IMG/VR virus record: IMGVR_UViG_3300028591_000111 | Reading direction: 5' to 3' (one strand) | From: an uncultured virus (IMG/VR IMGVR_UViG_3300028591_000111) | Lineage: Duplodnaviria > Heunggongvirae > Uroviricota > Caudoviricetes | DNA: 64,000 bases | Shown here: piece by piece, positions 50,298-63,864 of the stretch | Numbering within the stretch: position 1 is the stretch's first letter | Layout: every line of letters starts with the position of its first letter | The notes under the pieces: model-generated | Seen by the model: the letters and a program-made list of their open reading frames with translations, nothing else | What the model was told of the DNA's origin: nothing | Database searches by the model: none | Made by a program: the position numbers and the translations under genes

Positions 50298-52202
50298 TCA
50301 CAAAACTTCTACATCATAAGAAAACTCAAAATTGTCTTCTGCTCCAAATTTTCTCATACTTTCAGTAACAGATTCTAGCAATTTTGTATCCATCTGATAT
50401 TTTTGTTGACTATCCGAAATAATGATTTCATCTACGACTCTATCTTTCATTAAGAAGTAAACGTTCAATAACGTACTCATAAGTAATGTATTTCTATGAT
50501 TAAGTTTATCCTGTTTTCCAAAATACATTGTTAGTCTAATGTGATCTTCTATTTCCAAATTTAATTCTTTTCTTTTTATCTGAATGTCCTTTTTTATATC
50601 ATTATAAATGGAACCATATACACAAAATAAGGTATCTGGTGAAATATCATAAAGAGTTTTATTTGGATTTTTTAATAGACAATCTCTATGCTTATTCTTC
50701 ATAACATTTATATGTTGTAAAAATGAAGATTTAATATTATCTTTAATTATTGTTGATGTGAGATAATTCTTATCATCATCTTTATCAAAGAATGTGTCGG
50801 AAACACCAATATATTTACCAATTTCCTTACCATGCTCTGGGTTATTCATAGTTGTCATAATAAGACAAGGATTACTCTTTATATTTTTCAACTTTTCTTC
50901 CAGACTCTTTTCCAACTTATTTGCATGGTCATAAAGATACGTTACAGATGGAACAAGCTGATAGAATGGATCTTCAGTCTTAAATAATACTTCTGAACTT
51001 CCATCCAAAAATATCACTGTTGTTTCAACATCAACTTTTGCAGAAGATAACCAAGAGTAGTTCTTTGAGTTGTATAGAATAGATCCAGTGCTAATTCTAT
51101 CTGTAATAGTAACTAATTCATCTTTACTTTTAGTAGAAACATTAAAAGCGAGAATTACTTTACTTGTTTCATTGACATAATACCTATTATTTTCTTTATC
51201 AATGCAGATTGCATTTTTCATATTATCAGAGGATCTAATAAACAATACATGACCATCTGATATGTCTTCAGTAATATATATAGAACACATACCCCACATT
51301 AAGCTCCATTCAGGGAAAAGCCTGTCTGGAAATATATTTTCAAATGTCGTTTCATTAAGAATAAGTGTGTCTGGAAATGAATAACACTGAATATCTTCTC
51401 CAAAGATATTTGCTCTTCCATTTTCTAAATCCTTTAGTGTATATTCTTTATATTGTTCTTTTAATCTTTCTTTCACAAAAGAATAAACAGCATCAAAGCA
51501 ATTTCTGTTTTCTAGCTTTCCAGCAACAGGAACAGCATCTACACGTACTGTTATATTGCTATTTGACACACCATCAGAAGTTTCAGATATACTTCCATAT
51601 TTATACAATACTCTTAACACGCATCTAAAATTATCTGTTAAGCCATATATTGGATTACTAAAAAACTCTGTTCCAATAATTTTATTAAAACATGAATGAA
51701 TGTTATTCAAAAAACATTCATACTTGTTATATGAATAGTTAAAATGCAATACAAATTGTGTATCTATTTCTTTTGCGTATAAAGAATCTATTGTAAGTTT
51801 TGAGTATGAAGCATACAAATGATCCAGTAGAGTTTTTAATTCAGCATAATGCAAGAATATAAACTCTGCTACACGCTGTCTATAATCATCTTTGAATGCT
51901 GTGATTGTATATTCTTTACTTCTTTCTTCTCCATCTATAACCAAGGAATAAGGGTTTAGATCAAGGAGCAAAAATAGATTGTCGTTTTTCTTCTTTAATT
52001 CTAGTTCGCCTATTATGGGGAAATTAATGCACTTAAATTTAAGTACTTTATTGTTTTCTTCAAATACATCAAACTCCAAAGTATCAACAATATTTTGCAA
52101 TAATTTATTCATTACAAAATATAATGTAGGTTGATCTTTTCTGTTTGGATGTGTTTCATTCCATTCAGATACGACTTTAGACAGTTCCTCTCTTTTCTTC
52201 AT
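50298..52202 (-). CDS. Hypothetical protein (634 aa)
   Basis: Long ORF with GGGAG RBS; no motif recognised. Confidence 0.75.
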   Translation of the reverse strand: MKKREELSKVVSEWNETHPNRKDQPTLYFVMNKLLQNIVDTLEFDVFEENNKVLKFKCINFPIIGELELKKKNDNLFLLLDLNPYSLVIDGEERSKEYTITAFKDDYRQRVAEFIFLHYAELKTLLDHLYASYSKLTIDSLYAKEIDTQFVLHFNYSYNKYECFLNNIHSCFNKIIGTEFFSNPIYGLTDNFRCVLRVLYKYGSISETSDGVSNSNITVRVDAVPVAGKLENRNCFDAVYSFVKERLKEQYKEYTLKDLENGRANIFGEDIQCYSFPDTLILNETTFENIFPDRLFPEWSLMWGMCSIYITEDISDGHVLFIRSSDNMKNAICIDKENNRYYVNETSKVILAFNVSTKSKDELVTITDRISTGSILYNSKNYSWLSSAKVDVETTVIFLDGSSEVLFKTEDPFYQLVPSVTYLYDHANKLEKSLEEKLKNIKSNPCLIMTTMNNPEHGKEIGKYIGVSDTFFDKDDDKNYLTSTIIKDNIKSSFLQHINVMKNKHRDCLLKNPNKTLYDISPDTLFCVYGSIYNDIKKDIQIKRKELNLEIEDHIRLTMYFGKQDKLNHRNTLLMSTLLNVYFLMKDRVVDEIIISDSQQKYQMDTKLLESVTESMRKFGAEDNFEFSYDVEVL

Positions 52203-52465
52203 AGTAATCTCTCCCTAGTTTAATCAGCATTATTACTGATTAGTTAGTTTCAAACGATGATTGTGTTTCTCACAGAGAACGTCAACCATCACTCTCTTAC
52301 TCATAAATACCAAGAATGATGTAATTTGTCAAAATTTTTTAGTACATCTCATTTATTTCCTTTTGATTAAAATACACAGCAAACAGCCTATTATTCTTGT
52401 TTTGTACTCTGAATATAACTTCAATGGTATCAAAGTTTGTGTACTGCATGTTCACAATAGAGAAA

Positions 52466-55400
52466 TTAATAAAAGCACTCACGTGATTCTCTATTAGTTT
52501 TCTTACTGTCTTCTCTGATGGTAGTTCTCTCATATCTTGTTATCCTTGACTCACAACGAACAATACCATATAACCAAGCTAAAAATCCTGCCTTAATAGA
52601 TTCTTTTGTGTCCACTACTTTAGCTGTTAGATACGAGTCAAATGCTTTATATGTCTGCCATTTATCACACTTACCTTTGACTTGTATAACATAAGATTTG
52701 CTTTCTTTTTCAAGATATTCTTCTGAAATATAAAACAGCATAGTTTTATTCTGCTCTATGGAATAGAGAATATTGACGGCATATCGAGAAGCAAACAATT
52801 CTAAAATATCGTTTATATCTCTAATCGTTTCTTCAGTAGGTTCATAGTTATCTGTACCGTCCTCACTATTATACTCTGGATTGTTATTTAGTGTCCATTT
52901 ACCAACAAAATGTGCTGACAAAAACACTACTGCCTGATTTAAACAATTAGTATCTACATCGAGGTATAAGTTGTAGGAATGATTACGTTTGCCTGCAACA
53001 ATTTTATCTTTTAAGTACTTTTTTAATTCTGATAAAGTGTTTATTTCTTCTGTTAGAGATAGTTTTCTACATTCCATAATGCTACTTCATCCTATAAGGG
53101 AACATATTTAGGTGCTAATATCTGCTTATATTCTTCAGCAGTACATTTATAAAGACAATCCTCAAAATCCATTTCCTCACTAAATAGCTGCACTACTCCA
53201 CTCACTCCAACAAACCCATCTTCACATTTGTATACATTCGTTGACACTTCATACCACCTATGATAATCAATAGGTTTAACACAAGTATCTATGACTTCAA
53301 GATTAAATTCCTCCTCAAACTCATAAAGTGACCAGTATTCGTTTATACTTACTTTCTCAATCACTTCTGCTACTTTCATATCTAGCCCCAAATAATTTCT
53401 ACAAACTTTGTAGTGTCGTTTAATGATTCACCTTCAACAGCACTTGAATATCCAGCATCTTTATTACATGAAGTAACTGCATCTATTACTCTGAACTTAT
53501 TAAGAAAGTCATCGTCGTACTGTGTTTGCCATATAGATACATTCACTTCCATGTCTGAATCCATAGAGCTGAGCTTTTTAATTAGTTCTGCTACTTTCAT
53601 ACTAATCTTCCTCTTCTATATAATCTTTTGGACGAACATTCACATGTTTAATTTCTTTATTTGGTTCTAAATTATCTGGTAAGAATAAAGCACCCCATGA
53701 GTAGCTACAATATTCACTATCGTGATCAAGATACATTATAAAGTTCTTACCATACATTTGAATATCGCCAATGATTAGATTGTCGTTATTGTCTGTGTCC
53801 CATAGGATATCTTTCACAGATTCTTTGAAGCATTCCCAAGTTACCATGTCACTTCCTACTTCAACAGAAATAATATCATTCTCTGTTAATTGCTTACCTT
53901 TTATTTTCCAACTGTTTATATAATCAATAGTATAGTCAAGAAAGTTTGAAACATATCCGCTCATAATTACTCCATACCATATGCAATGTGTGCAACATAT
54001 ATCTGCACCTTTAATCTTCAAGAATGATTCGTTCTTCTGTTTTGAGTGTCTTACATATAATCAGCTCACACTTTTTATATGTATCAGGATGGTTCTCTCG
54101 AATCCGCTCATTCTTTAATTTATGTAAATGAGCTATCGCCTCCTTTTTGCATTGTTAATTCTCAAACGTTAAGCAAAGCACAACATCCATATTGTTGTAA
54201 TATGGATCAAACTTCAATTCTGTATTCTTTAATACCATTTTCCCATCAAACACAACAAATTCTTTATTATCATTCTTTTCTGTCGGCGGTTGATACAACT
54301 TCAAATGAAATTCATCACCGATGTGAATACGCTCATAAAGGCTCTTAACTGGTTCTGACAGCAACCATTCAGCTTTAATTGCATTTCGTCCAGCGCTAAT
54401 GCTATAAGACACATTGCCAGTGTTAAAAGCCAATTCTGGGCAATCTTCAATCTCCAACAAATAATCCTTTATGCTGTTTATCGTCTTGTGCGTCTGGCTT
54501 AATAATTCTATCTTATCGGAATATTTTACGGCTTGGTCAGAATGATACAAGAAAGAATTTATGCAAATAGATCGTCCATCCCTATGCTCAATTACTCTAA
54601 CTTGGTGATGCAGATTTTCTCTGGCATATTCGTTGGCAAGTTCAAGAGCGTGTTCTTCTGATATAAAAGACTTGTCCAAATAGACGATAGCGCGATCATC
54701 TTTGATTGAATAAGATGTTTTTGGAAATGCTTTAATCACAAAATCATAATCCTCTGTAATTGCATATTCCTCGGCAACATCTATTATGCGATTGTATGTG
54801 TCAGCTTCAACAAACTCAGAATAGCATAATAAAGGTGTATGTCTTTCTTCGCTAAACCTAAAATCACAAATAAAACAAGTATTGCTATCAAAAAGCAAAT
54901 CACAATGTTCGCCATCTTTCAATGATAAATCTCTTATCTGCTTATAGAATATTTGATTATCACCTATTTCATTGTCAAAGAGTTCACGGCAACGCTGCAT
55001 GAGTGCAAAAGAATTATAACGCAGTTGTGCTGTCAGACACATATTCATTGTGTTTTCGAGAAAATCCTCAATGCAATTGTCATAGTCATCGTTGGTTAAA
55101 TAAATATCGCAGATATTATCATTATAGACAACGATGACTGCTTCGTATGTTGTTAATGGCATGTTTGTCTCTCCAATGGAAATTGTTCGTTCTCTGGCAA
55201 TTCTTTTATGCTTATATTCGTACCATCATATTCTATGATGTGCGTTATTAGACCGTCTGTGCTTAGTGCTAGTATTTGGTCATCCTCATCCTCTTTGCAA
55301 TATTTCTCGGCATATTGAATAGCTTTCTTGTATGAGTAGAAGTATTGAATAATTAAGCTATACAAGTTTTCGTTATGTTTATCAAATAAGGAATAACGAT

Positions 55401-56610
55401 GCCTCATAAAGCCTCACTTTTCGGAAACACCTTTAAACACAACCATAATTGGTAATGTCTCATTCACTTGAAATTGGCTGTCGATTACAGCTTTTTCTAA
55501 TTTGTAACTATCTTTTATTTCAAATCTTTTTTCACAATCAGATGAATATACCATATATGATATTTTATATGTTTTGTTATAATCTAAATCATTAAACCAA
55601 TTCAACGAATACTGCGTTGCAATAAGTTGTAATTTTAATGTGTTTATTGATTTAATTAAATCATCATTGTTATTTTGTTTTTCAAAAGTGCATTTTGAAA
55701 CGCAAAGACTTAATTGTTCATCGCCATCAATATCAACTTCAAAATGCTGTCTCATAAACGGTTTGGAATCTAAATGTTTAAAGTTTGTATGTGATGTATT
55801 ATCGCATTTCATATACATGTTATTAATCAAATCATCTTTTGATGGTTTGATTGTTTTCCTTAGTAATTCTTTTCGTTTATCTTCGGCTTCAATGCGTTCA
55901 ATTTCTTCTGGATGCTGCAAAGCAGTAATTAGTTTATCAACACAACACATTGTTTGTTCTCCTTAATCCCACAAATCCAAATAATATTCAGCCATCAATG
56001 CAAATGCTTCTTTGCGAATTTGCTTGTGTGATTCTAACACAGCTTTATGTTCTTTAATAATTCGTTGCTTTTCATCATCTGACATCTCAGGTGTTATTGC
56101 CACGTCATTGTTGAAGTCTTCAATCGAAACCTCAAATGCGTGTTTTATTGTCTCTAAAATCGTTTTCCACGCATCCTCATCGACTCCGCATGGATGACTA
56201 TAACCTTCTTTGATCCATTTGTCTAATGCTTTTACAGACGTTTTAGCAAGCGTGTCTCCATACTCCCAGCACCATAATGGTTCTGGCTTGCCGTCTAATG
56301 TGTTATTCAGTTCATCCAATAAGATGTACGCATCCAAGTTATCTGATTCAAAGTCGAATAAATAGTTATCCTCGTCGCCAAACCATGCGTCTAAGTCACA
56401 ATCATACCATAACTTGTCGATTTGGTTATACAGCAAATCGGCGTCATCGACGTAATGAACTTTTAAATAGTCTTTATTCCATTTACACAAACAGGCTACA
56501 CGCTTTGGGCACTCTGTTTCGTTTTCCTCATCTATAGGATGTTTAATATATGGACGTTTATTCCAATACTGTTCGCCATCATACTCATCTTTTATTTTTA
56601 TCCACTGCAT
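52466..56610 (-). other. Tightly packed run of about 9 small or medium hypothetical phage genes
   Basis: Abutting minus-strand ORFs (52466..53077, 53092..53391, 53382..53600, 53602..54021, 54155..55162, 55153..55407, 55414..55950, 55963..56610). Confidence 0.7.
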
Positions 56611-56628
56611 TTCTGTAATTCCATTATA

Positions 56629-57210
56629 TTATATCCAGTCTAAAGTTGTACAACCTTTATAACCTTTTTGCCATACAAACCAAGCATAAGCCTGAACTGG
56701 TGATTTGCATGTAGAAAAATCACCGTTTTTTGCGACACCAATTCTTTTTGAAAAGACATAAACTGATTTAGGCGGAAATTCTATAAATAGATTTTTCCGA
56801 GAAGCACCCTCAAGGAATGTTAATTTCAAAAACATATAAACATTATAGCCATCATCTACCAAACTTAGTGCTTGTCTTACAAATGCTTCTGCTGTCTTAA
56901 AAGGCGGATTCGTTAATATATCACAGTTATGTGCTTTTTCTGTACATTCTAAAAAATCTAAAATTTCTACATCACTTCTTCTTTGTACAATATCTGATTT
57001 TTTGACAACAAATCCTTTATCTGTTAAGGCATCTGCCAAATGACATTGACCAGCGGCACATTCCCAAACATTTTTATGTGGTGTTTCTTTTGTTAAAAGC
57101 AAATCAATTGCTTTTGGATCTGTTGCATAGAAATCCATTTCACCCCTATCATGCTCAACATGATTAGATGCACCCAAAAGCCTAAAACTTGTTATATGAT
57201 TATCAGACAT
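56629..57210 (-). CDS. Small adenine methyltransferase-like protein
   Basis: DFYATDP, WECAAGQ, TNPPF, FLKLTFLEG. Confidence 0.8.
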   Translation of the reverse strand: MSDNHITSFRLLGASNHVEHDRGEMDFYATDPKAIDLLLTKETPHKNVWECAAGQCHLADALTDKGFVVKKSDIVQRRSDVEILDFLECTEKAHNCDILTNPPFKTAEAFVRQALSLVDDGYNVYMFLKLTFLEGASRKNLFIEFPPKSVYVFSKRIGVAKNGDFSTCKSPVQAYAWFVWQKGYKGCTTLDWI

Positions 57211-57211
57211 A

Positions 57212-60200
57212 CTACAACCCTTTATCAGACATAGCCTCTTTATAGAATTTCTCTGAACGCTTGGTAGATTTCAAAACATTATAAGCCGTGTACACATACT
57301 TGTCAGACTCAATCAGGTAAATGTAAGACATGAAATTAACTCTATGACCTATTACACCATGACGGTTAATCCACTCTAATGCAGATTTAAAAGAACTGAA
57401 TGTGGCTATATCACCCTCGCCGAAATCAGGTTCTTCATAACCCAATCCCCAATATTCAAAGGAATAGGAAACTAGGTAGCCTTCTTTTCGCGTATTACGG
57501 TTGACTATATAATCATCGCCATCTAAAAAATCTGTATAGCCACGGAAATAGACGGTCTGCACTTCCTCAAAGGCAAAGTTCAATCTCGGATTTTTTGGTA
57601 CAAAGATTTTATATTTACTATCAGCTTTCATGTCTCTAACAGCCTTTTAACTTTGTCTGGATTATGCTTGCAATAACAATCGTAGTCACAATACCAGTCG
57701 TTATCACAAATCGTTGGTCGCTTATCTTTATTCTTACCGTCTATTTTTTCTCCACAACCTTTACACGTCCTCGTCGGTAAAGTCTGCATCGTAATAGGCT
57801 TGGTTAAATCTATCACAACATCATAGACTTCTGCATTACGAATGTTTAAGCTATTCTTGTAATGAGACAGGTCTTCTTCAATCTCTGCCTCGGATGCAAA
57901 TAGATGATACTCACGAAACCAAACATCATCTGTTTTCCATGCTAGACGCTCATACGTAAGCACTTTAGTTTTAAATATTGGGTTGGTGAAGATGTAGCCA
58001 GACATAATTATTCCCTTATGTTATTATTCATGTTCATGGTTAAGATCATAACAATAATTGCTTAACGTAGTAGAAAAACCCTTCAAGTCATAACGGATAT
58101 ATCCAAACTCTGATAACTCATTTTCAATATCATTATAAACTTCTTTTTCTTCTTCAATCATAGACAGTAACGCAGTAATCATTGTATTTAATGAATTAGC
58201 CGCCACTATTTTTTCAATTTGCTTTTCAGTGACATTCATGGTGATCCCCTTATTCTACACAATTACTCATTTTACAAAGCATTACATTTTGTTCTTGTAC
58301 CACTGTATCACCATTATGCAAACGAACTAAATATGGAATATTCCAAATTGCAAAAACTTTCTCTGGCACAAGCGTCCAATAAATAGAATCTGCGGTTTCG
58401 CAAATTCCATTTAAATTATAATTCATATATTGAACAGATTTGTCTGATAATACTTTTAATGTCGTCTGCATGATTATTATTCTCCTTCTGGTGTTTTTAT
58501 GTCAGAAAACCTGCACCAAGCTATAATATCTTTGTACTTATATGTTGCGTTCCAACGATACTGCATCCACACGCCATCCTTAAATTCCGCTTCGGCAATA
58601 TTCCTTGATGTGTTTAGAATAAGAAAACTGCCAGTGGATGGATTCGGAATCTCGTTGCCGTCATGCCATGTTAATGTGCATGGCACTTCTTTAGTTTTTC
58701 TCATTTTTGTTTTCCTGCCTATCATACGTCTCAACGACTTCCTGCTGAAACATTGTTACTGTTGTCTCTTTTATAGCAATCACGCGAGTTTGTAAATTAT
58801 ATTTGTTGCGATTGTGCCTTGCTTTTTTGAGTGCTGATTTATAATCATAGCACTTATCCGTTATCACAAGCCACTTGCAGCCATCGTTAATTTCGACACG
58901 ATAATAACCTGTTTCTTTCTGAAAAGCCTCAAGCGGTCGAGATACAGGGCAATAATAATGCAACTCATCCATGACGCAACCTTGCTAAATAATGCAGAAT
59001 CCGCTCGTAGATGATCTCGGATTGCCTTTATCATCCCATGAAAACTGAAATAGCAATATCTCCGCATTGCAATTGACATACTGCAATTCATGAATCCAAT
59101 ATTGATTTCCACCTTCGTTGCGCACAAACTCTACAACTGATTTGTCTTTTTCTGGCATCAACATTTTCGACTCAATAAAATCAAATATTGTTTCATTATG
59201 ACAAAAACATACAAAATGATCTATTATATATTGTCTAAGCTTCTTAAATCGTTCTTCACATTCAAATGCTGGGAATTTCAAAAGATTTAATCCTGCAATA
59301 ATATTCGGGAAAGCATAAATTAGATTTGAAAAATTCAATGGATCAAATTCTTTATTTTGAAATTTATCCATAACTATTTTTCCAAGACTATGCATCTCAT
59401 CATAGAAATCGTTGTCAGAAAATGTAATCAAACAATATTCTGTACGCATTGCTACACCCCCATAAGCTCAAAAAGATGTAAACTTTTATTTGCCAGAAAA
59501 TAAAAAATATTATTTATTTTTTCTGGGTTCTGATAGCCATATTCCAAAACGAAATTCATTGCATGTTTTATGTTTATTATTTGAAGTCCATAATCATCAC
59601 ACACGCCATCTTTTTCGCATTGATCAAAATAAAAAGTCTCTGTACGGCATGATTCCAATATTTCAGATATTTCGTTATATGAGACGGATTCCTTATTAAG
59701 TTGACTCAATCCATCTTTAATATAAGAAATAACCTGATTCAAATGATGACTTGTTATCGCTGCGTTAATTTCTTCTTTTGTCAGCGGTCGCGTTTCTATG
59801 TGGTTTATTTCTTTGCCGCGCTTCGTTATCTCTTTACGCACTGTTGTTCTTTCATACAAAGTGTCATTTTTTAACTTTGTCAAAATATCACCAAGTTTGT
59901 TAAGAACTTTAATGGTTGCTGGGAATAATATATCCGCAAGCATACGATTATTCAAAGCAACAACTTCTGTGTCGATCATAGTAGCACCCCTGTTTGTTTG
60001 TTGTGATAGCCTTTAGCCATCATGTTCGCAGTTTGTTCGTGTCTGCAAAAACACAGCAGACAAAGCACACAATATCATGTGACAGATTGCATGTCAATAA
60101 AAATTTGACTCAAAATGGAACAATGATTTCTTTAAGGTTAATTCCACTTTGTTCTTCGATTTCAAGCATTGCAACTTTGTATGCCATGTCAATAGCCGTT

Positions 60201-61909
60201 TCAACATCGACGCACGCAGCATTCTTTTTATGGCATAATTCTGATGGACTTAATGATTCTGAATATCTGTTGTTGTCTAATACTATCTGTTTGAGATAGC
60301 ACTCAAAGTCTTTTAGATTGTCTAACATTTGCGATTTTGCGCAACTAAATGGCGTTGTGAAATATCCATGAACAATATCATATACTGTTTCATAGATGCC
60401 TCGAAAGAGATTTGTTTTGTCGTGATATTTTTCAACAAACTTTCTGCTTAACTTCGGATAAGGCTTGCTTTGAGTAACGACACCATAGACTCCATATCTT
60501 TTTAGTTTGTTTTCCTGCATGGAATCTTGCAATTCTTGGACGCAATCATTACACAAAAGCCTGCCGCCAACAATGCACATATCTGTCCAGTAATCCTCTT
60601 TACCGCATTTCTGGCACTGCCGTTTCAGGTCTGTAATGTCGATTGTTTCAATGTCTGTGTCAATCATTGTGAACTCCGTACCACTTTATTCTATATCCAT
60701 ATTCACGCAACGCAGCATCGACTGTCATGTTTTCTGCACCTTTTTGAGATTTCAAAAAATCGTAGACACAGACAGAACAATATAGCTTATCATCTTTCTG
60801 ATAGTAACAAATATTGTTTGCATCACGTCCGCATTTAGAACAAATATGATTCTCTTTAAACGGTTTTCCTTCTATTTCAGAAATCGAAATCCAATATTCA
60901 GAATAATTGCTTCCATAAGTTTCTGCTTCACCATTTAACTCTGTCCACGGTTCAGAAGATTCTTCACCCAGATTTGAGTATTCACATAACATATATCTTG
61001 GTTCTGACTCGCCAAAATTCTGTCTATCATAATAATGTTTTATTAAACAGATCTCTAATGTTTCTGGTTTTTCGTCTGCATATTTATGCCACTTCATATA
61101 CAACCTCCACAACAACCCTGTTCAACGTGAGCATTTACACAATCTATAATCTCTTTCTTTAAAGAGTCACTACAAATAAATGGGACATCATTTTCATATT
61201 TACATTCACTTAAATCTACACTCCAATCCCCATACTCTATAAACTCATCACAGTCATCATCCACACCCGCACACCCGCCTGATTCCATAGAATAACCATA
61301 CACCTTAATTACCTCTGGATCAGAATAAAGTTTATTCCTGTTTATCCTCGCCTCTCTAGTACAAAGACCATCATAATCTTTATACTGAATAAAACAGTGT
61401 GTGATACCGTTAATCTTCACCACCAATACACCCGAACAAAGATTGGGGTATTCCCCGTCGTATGAAACAAATTCTACCATAACTTTCTCTCCTTACAGAT
61501 CTATATCTTCTTCCTCATCACCTTCATCTTCAAATATTTCATCTTCGTCGTTGTCGTCTAAAGAATCATAATACTCATCTTCTTCATCCATATCACATTC
61601 ATCAAGATCATCTAAACAGTTTAGACCATAATATGATGCTATACATTTCAAAGAGCAAAACTGCATGTCATCTTGCATGTAAATAAGCTCTGGATTTATG
61701 TATTCCTTACACCATTCACATCTTCCAAGTTCAAAAGCCTTAACACCTAAAGCATTTTCAAGACAATCATCACAGATAAAAACTGGTTCGTCTTTGTTTT
61801 CTTTGAGATTCTGAATACGGTCATCATAATTACGCACACCGTCCATATCATAAAAAGATACATTGCTTGTTCCACACTTGCAGCATTTTAATTCTGGCTT
61901 GTGATACAT
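57212..61909 (-). other. Run of about 12 small hypothetical phage genes, several with CxxC zinc motifs; promoter palindrome at 60067-60110
   Basis: Abutting minus-strand ORFs with RBSs. Confidence 0.7.
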
Positions 61910-61922
61910 TGGTATTCTCCTG

Positions 61923-62690
61923 TTAAGTGTTTAGAATTGTTGATTGCGGCGTAATGCCATAGTTATAATAAGCACAAATGCCTATTGCTTTTCTAATTTT
62001 AGTCCCAGTTTCCATACTAGGATCTATGCTATCTGCCATCATAATAGCACCATAAGCAGTTTCACAGGCACTACCTATAACGATTATATTTCCTAATACA
62101 GTATCACTGCTTGCTTCGTATATAGAATAATCCGATTGCACACGATAAAGACGATCTTTAATAGCTAGGATTAAATCAAAATCCTCATTATCACGCTTCA
62201 ACGATTCTGCATGAACTTTTAATTTTGGAATGAATGTTTGGATTAAGTCTATAATTAGCTTATCGTCTGCCTTGTATTCATCCTCTGGCAAACCATCAAA
62301 CAAAGTGTCGTCTGACATTAAAAGATTCGCCATACGAACAGACCCAGCGCATCCAATCACAATATCTTTCCTGTCACACGGATTGAAAACTTTTGGTGTG
62401 TCTGTCGCAGAATGATGTGAATCATAAGATACGCCACAATCCGCGCCGATATAACAGCACCGATATTGCTTATCAATTACACCAATACAAACAGTCATTT
62501 CAAATTCTCCATTCAAATTCTCCATGTCCCACTCTTTTTTAAACTCTTTTTCCCATGCTTCATGTTCTTTCATCATCCTACACCATTTCATTATTTGGTA
62601 CACAGCGACAACTGTGCTAACAACAATTACAACAACACCTAAGAGAAGCACAAGATAACCCAAAATCTCTTTACTGTTTTCTGTAAACAT
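61923..62690 (-). CDS. HslV/proteasome-beta (Ntn hydrolase)-like protein with N-terminal TM extension; internal start at 62498
   Basis: MTVCIG...IGAD...IGCAGS.R...IGSA...AYGA; hydrophobic LVLLLGVVVIVVSTVVAVY upstream in frame. Confidence 0.65.
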   Translation of the reverse strand: MFTENSKEILGYLVLLLGVVVIVVSTVVAVYQIMKWCRMMKEHEAWEKEFKKEWDMENLNGEFEMTVCIGVIDKQYRCCYIGADCGVSYDSHHSATDTPKVFNPCDRKDIVIGCAGSVRMANLLMSDDTLFDGLPEDEYKADDKLIIDLIQTFIPKLKVHAESLKRDNEDFDLILAIKDRLYRVQSDYSIYEASSDTVLGNIIVIGSACETAYGAIMMADSIDPSMETGTKIRKAIGICAYYNYGITPQSTILNT

Positions 62691-62698
62691 TGTATATC

Positions 62699-63864
62699 CT
62701 ATACATTTGATGTAAACATCCAGCCAGACTTTGTAGGCAAAGTGAATGGATATTTCTCTATCTCATAGCACCCTAAAAGAATTGGAATATCAAATTCGTC
62801 AAGCATTTTAAATAAAGACACAGTTACCGTCAATTCTTCTTCATTATATATTTGTTGACTTAGTTGATTCTCGTATCGTTCAACTGCTAATTTAAGACGA
62901 AATATAGCTTCATCTTCGTCCAAATTTCTTAATTCTGGTTTAAGATGATAAGTGCAGCAGTTCTCTGTATAAGTTATAGATGTTTGTATTTGGTAACTAG
63001 GCATGGTTGTTTTCCTATATTAGTTCATGGTAATGTCTATTTCAACAGCCTTGTTATCTTCTATTCTAGCATTAACAATCGGGTGTATGTATTTTTTAAA
63101 GCCTACCATATAAGTAATTTGCACCTCTTTGTCGGGGTTAAATTGCTTTAATACCTCGATTAACTCACTAACAGTCAGTGGCTTATACTCATCATTTACC
63201 ATTGTTTATTCTCCATGTTCACTTTCACAGTCTGAAAAATTTCCAGTTTCGTAACAATGATATTCTGGATTGTTCTTTGTTATCCACTTCAAACCATAGC
63301 CAGACATGACAGATTCAAGTGTGATACAAGGGGATTCTACTCCACCAAAGAAATCATTTTTGGCGCACAGCGGATCACAATATACATCCCCAGTATATGG
63401 ATCTACTACAATCGGTTCGCCAGATCTTATTTCTTTATTACATAGACGGCACTTCATGATTTTTACTATATCTCGTTTATGTCCCAAAATTTTCCGAAAG
63501 CACTAACATGCTTCCATTGCCATTTTGCAGTAGAAATGAACGACGGCCATGTAGTTGCCATTTTCTCTTTAGCCATCTCACATAACCACGTTCTCTTTTT
63601 GGAATCCGTTAATTCTAACGCATCACAAACTTTCTTTTCCTCATCCCAACCAAACTGAAATATATCTGCCATTACTTGTTTATAACCTTCACAAGACAAG
63701 TTCGCTATATGTGGATCATTATAAGGATGTGTACGCAGACGATCTTGCTCTTTGTAAACTAAAATAAGAGTGTCCACAGCAATATCCACCTTTGCCCTAT
63801 AATCAGATTCATTCTTTATTTTCTCTAATTGCTCATTTATAGAATAATAAGATGGCATAAGCAC
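62699..63864 (-). other. Four small hypothetical genes
   Basis: ORFs 62699..63004, 63020..63202, 63206..63487, 63466..63864. Confidence 0.65.

Noticed and set aside
1158..63506. Numerous antisense or overlapping ORFs in the six-frame track (e.g. 8277..8630, 17176..17580, 30409..30804)
   Set aside because: Shadow frames of real genes or of low-complexity tracts
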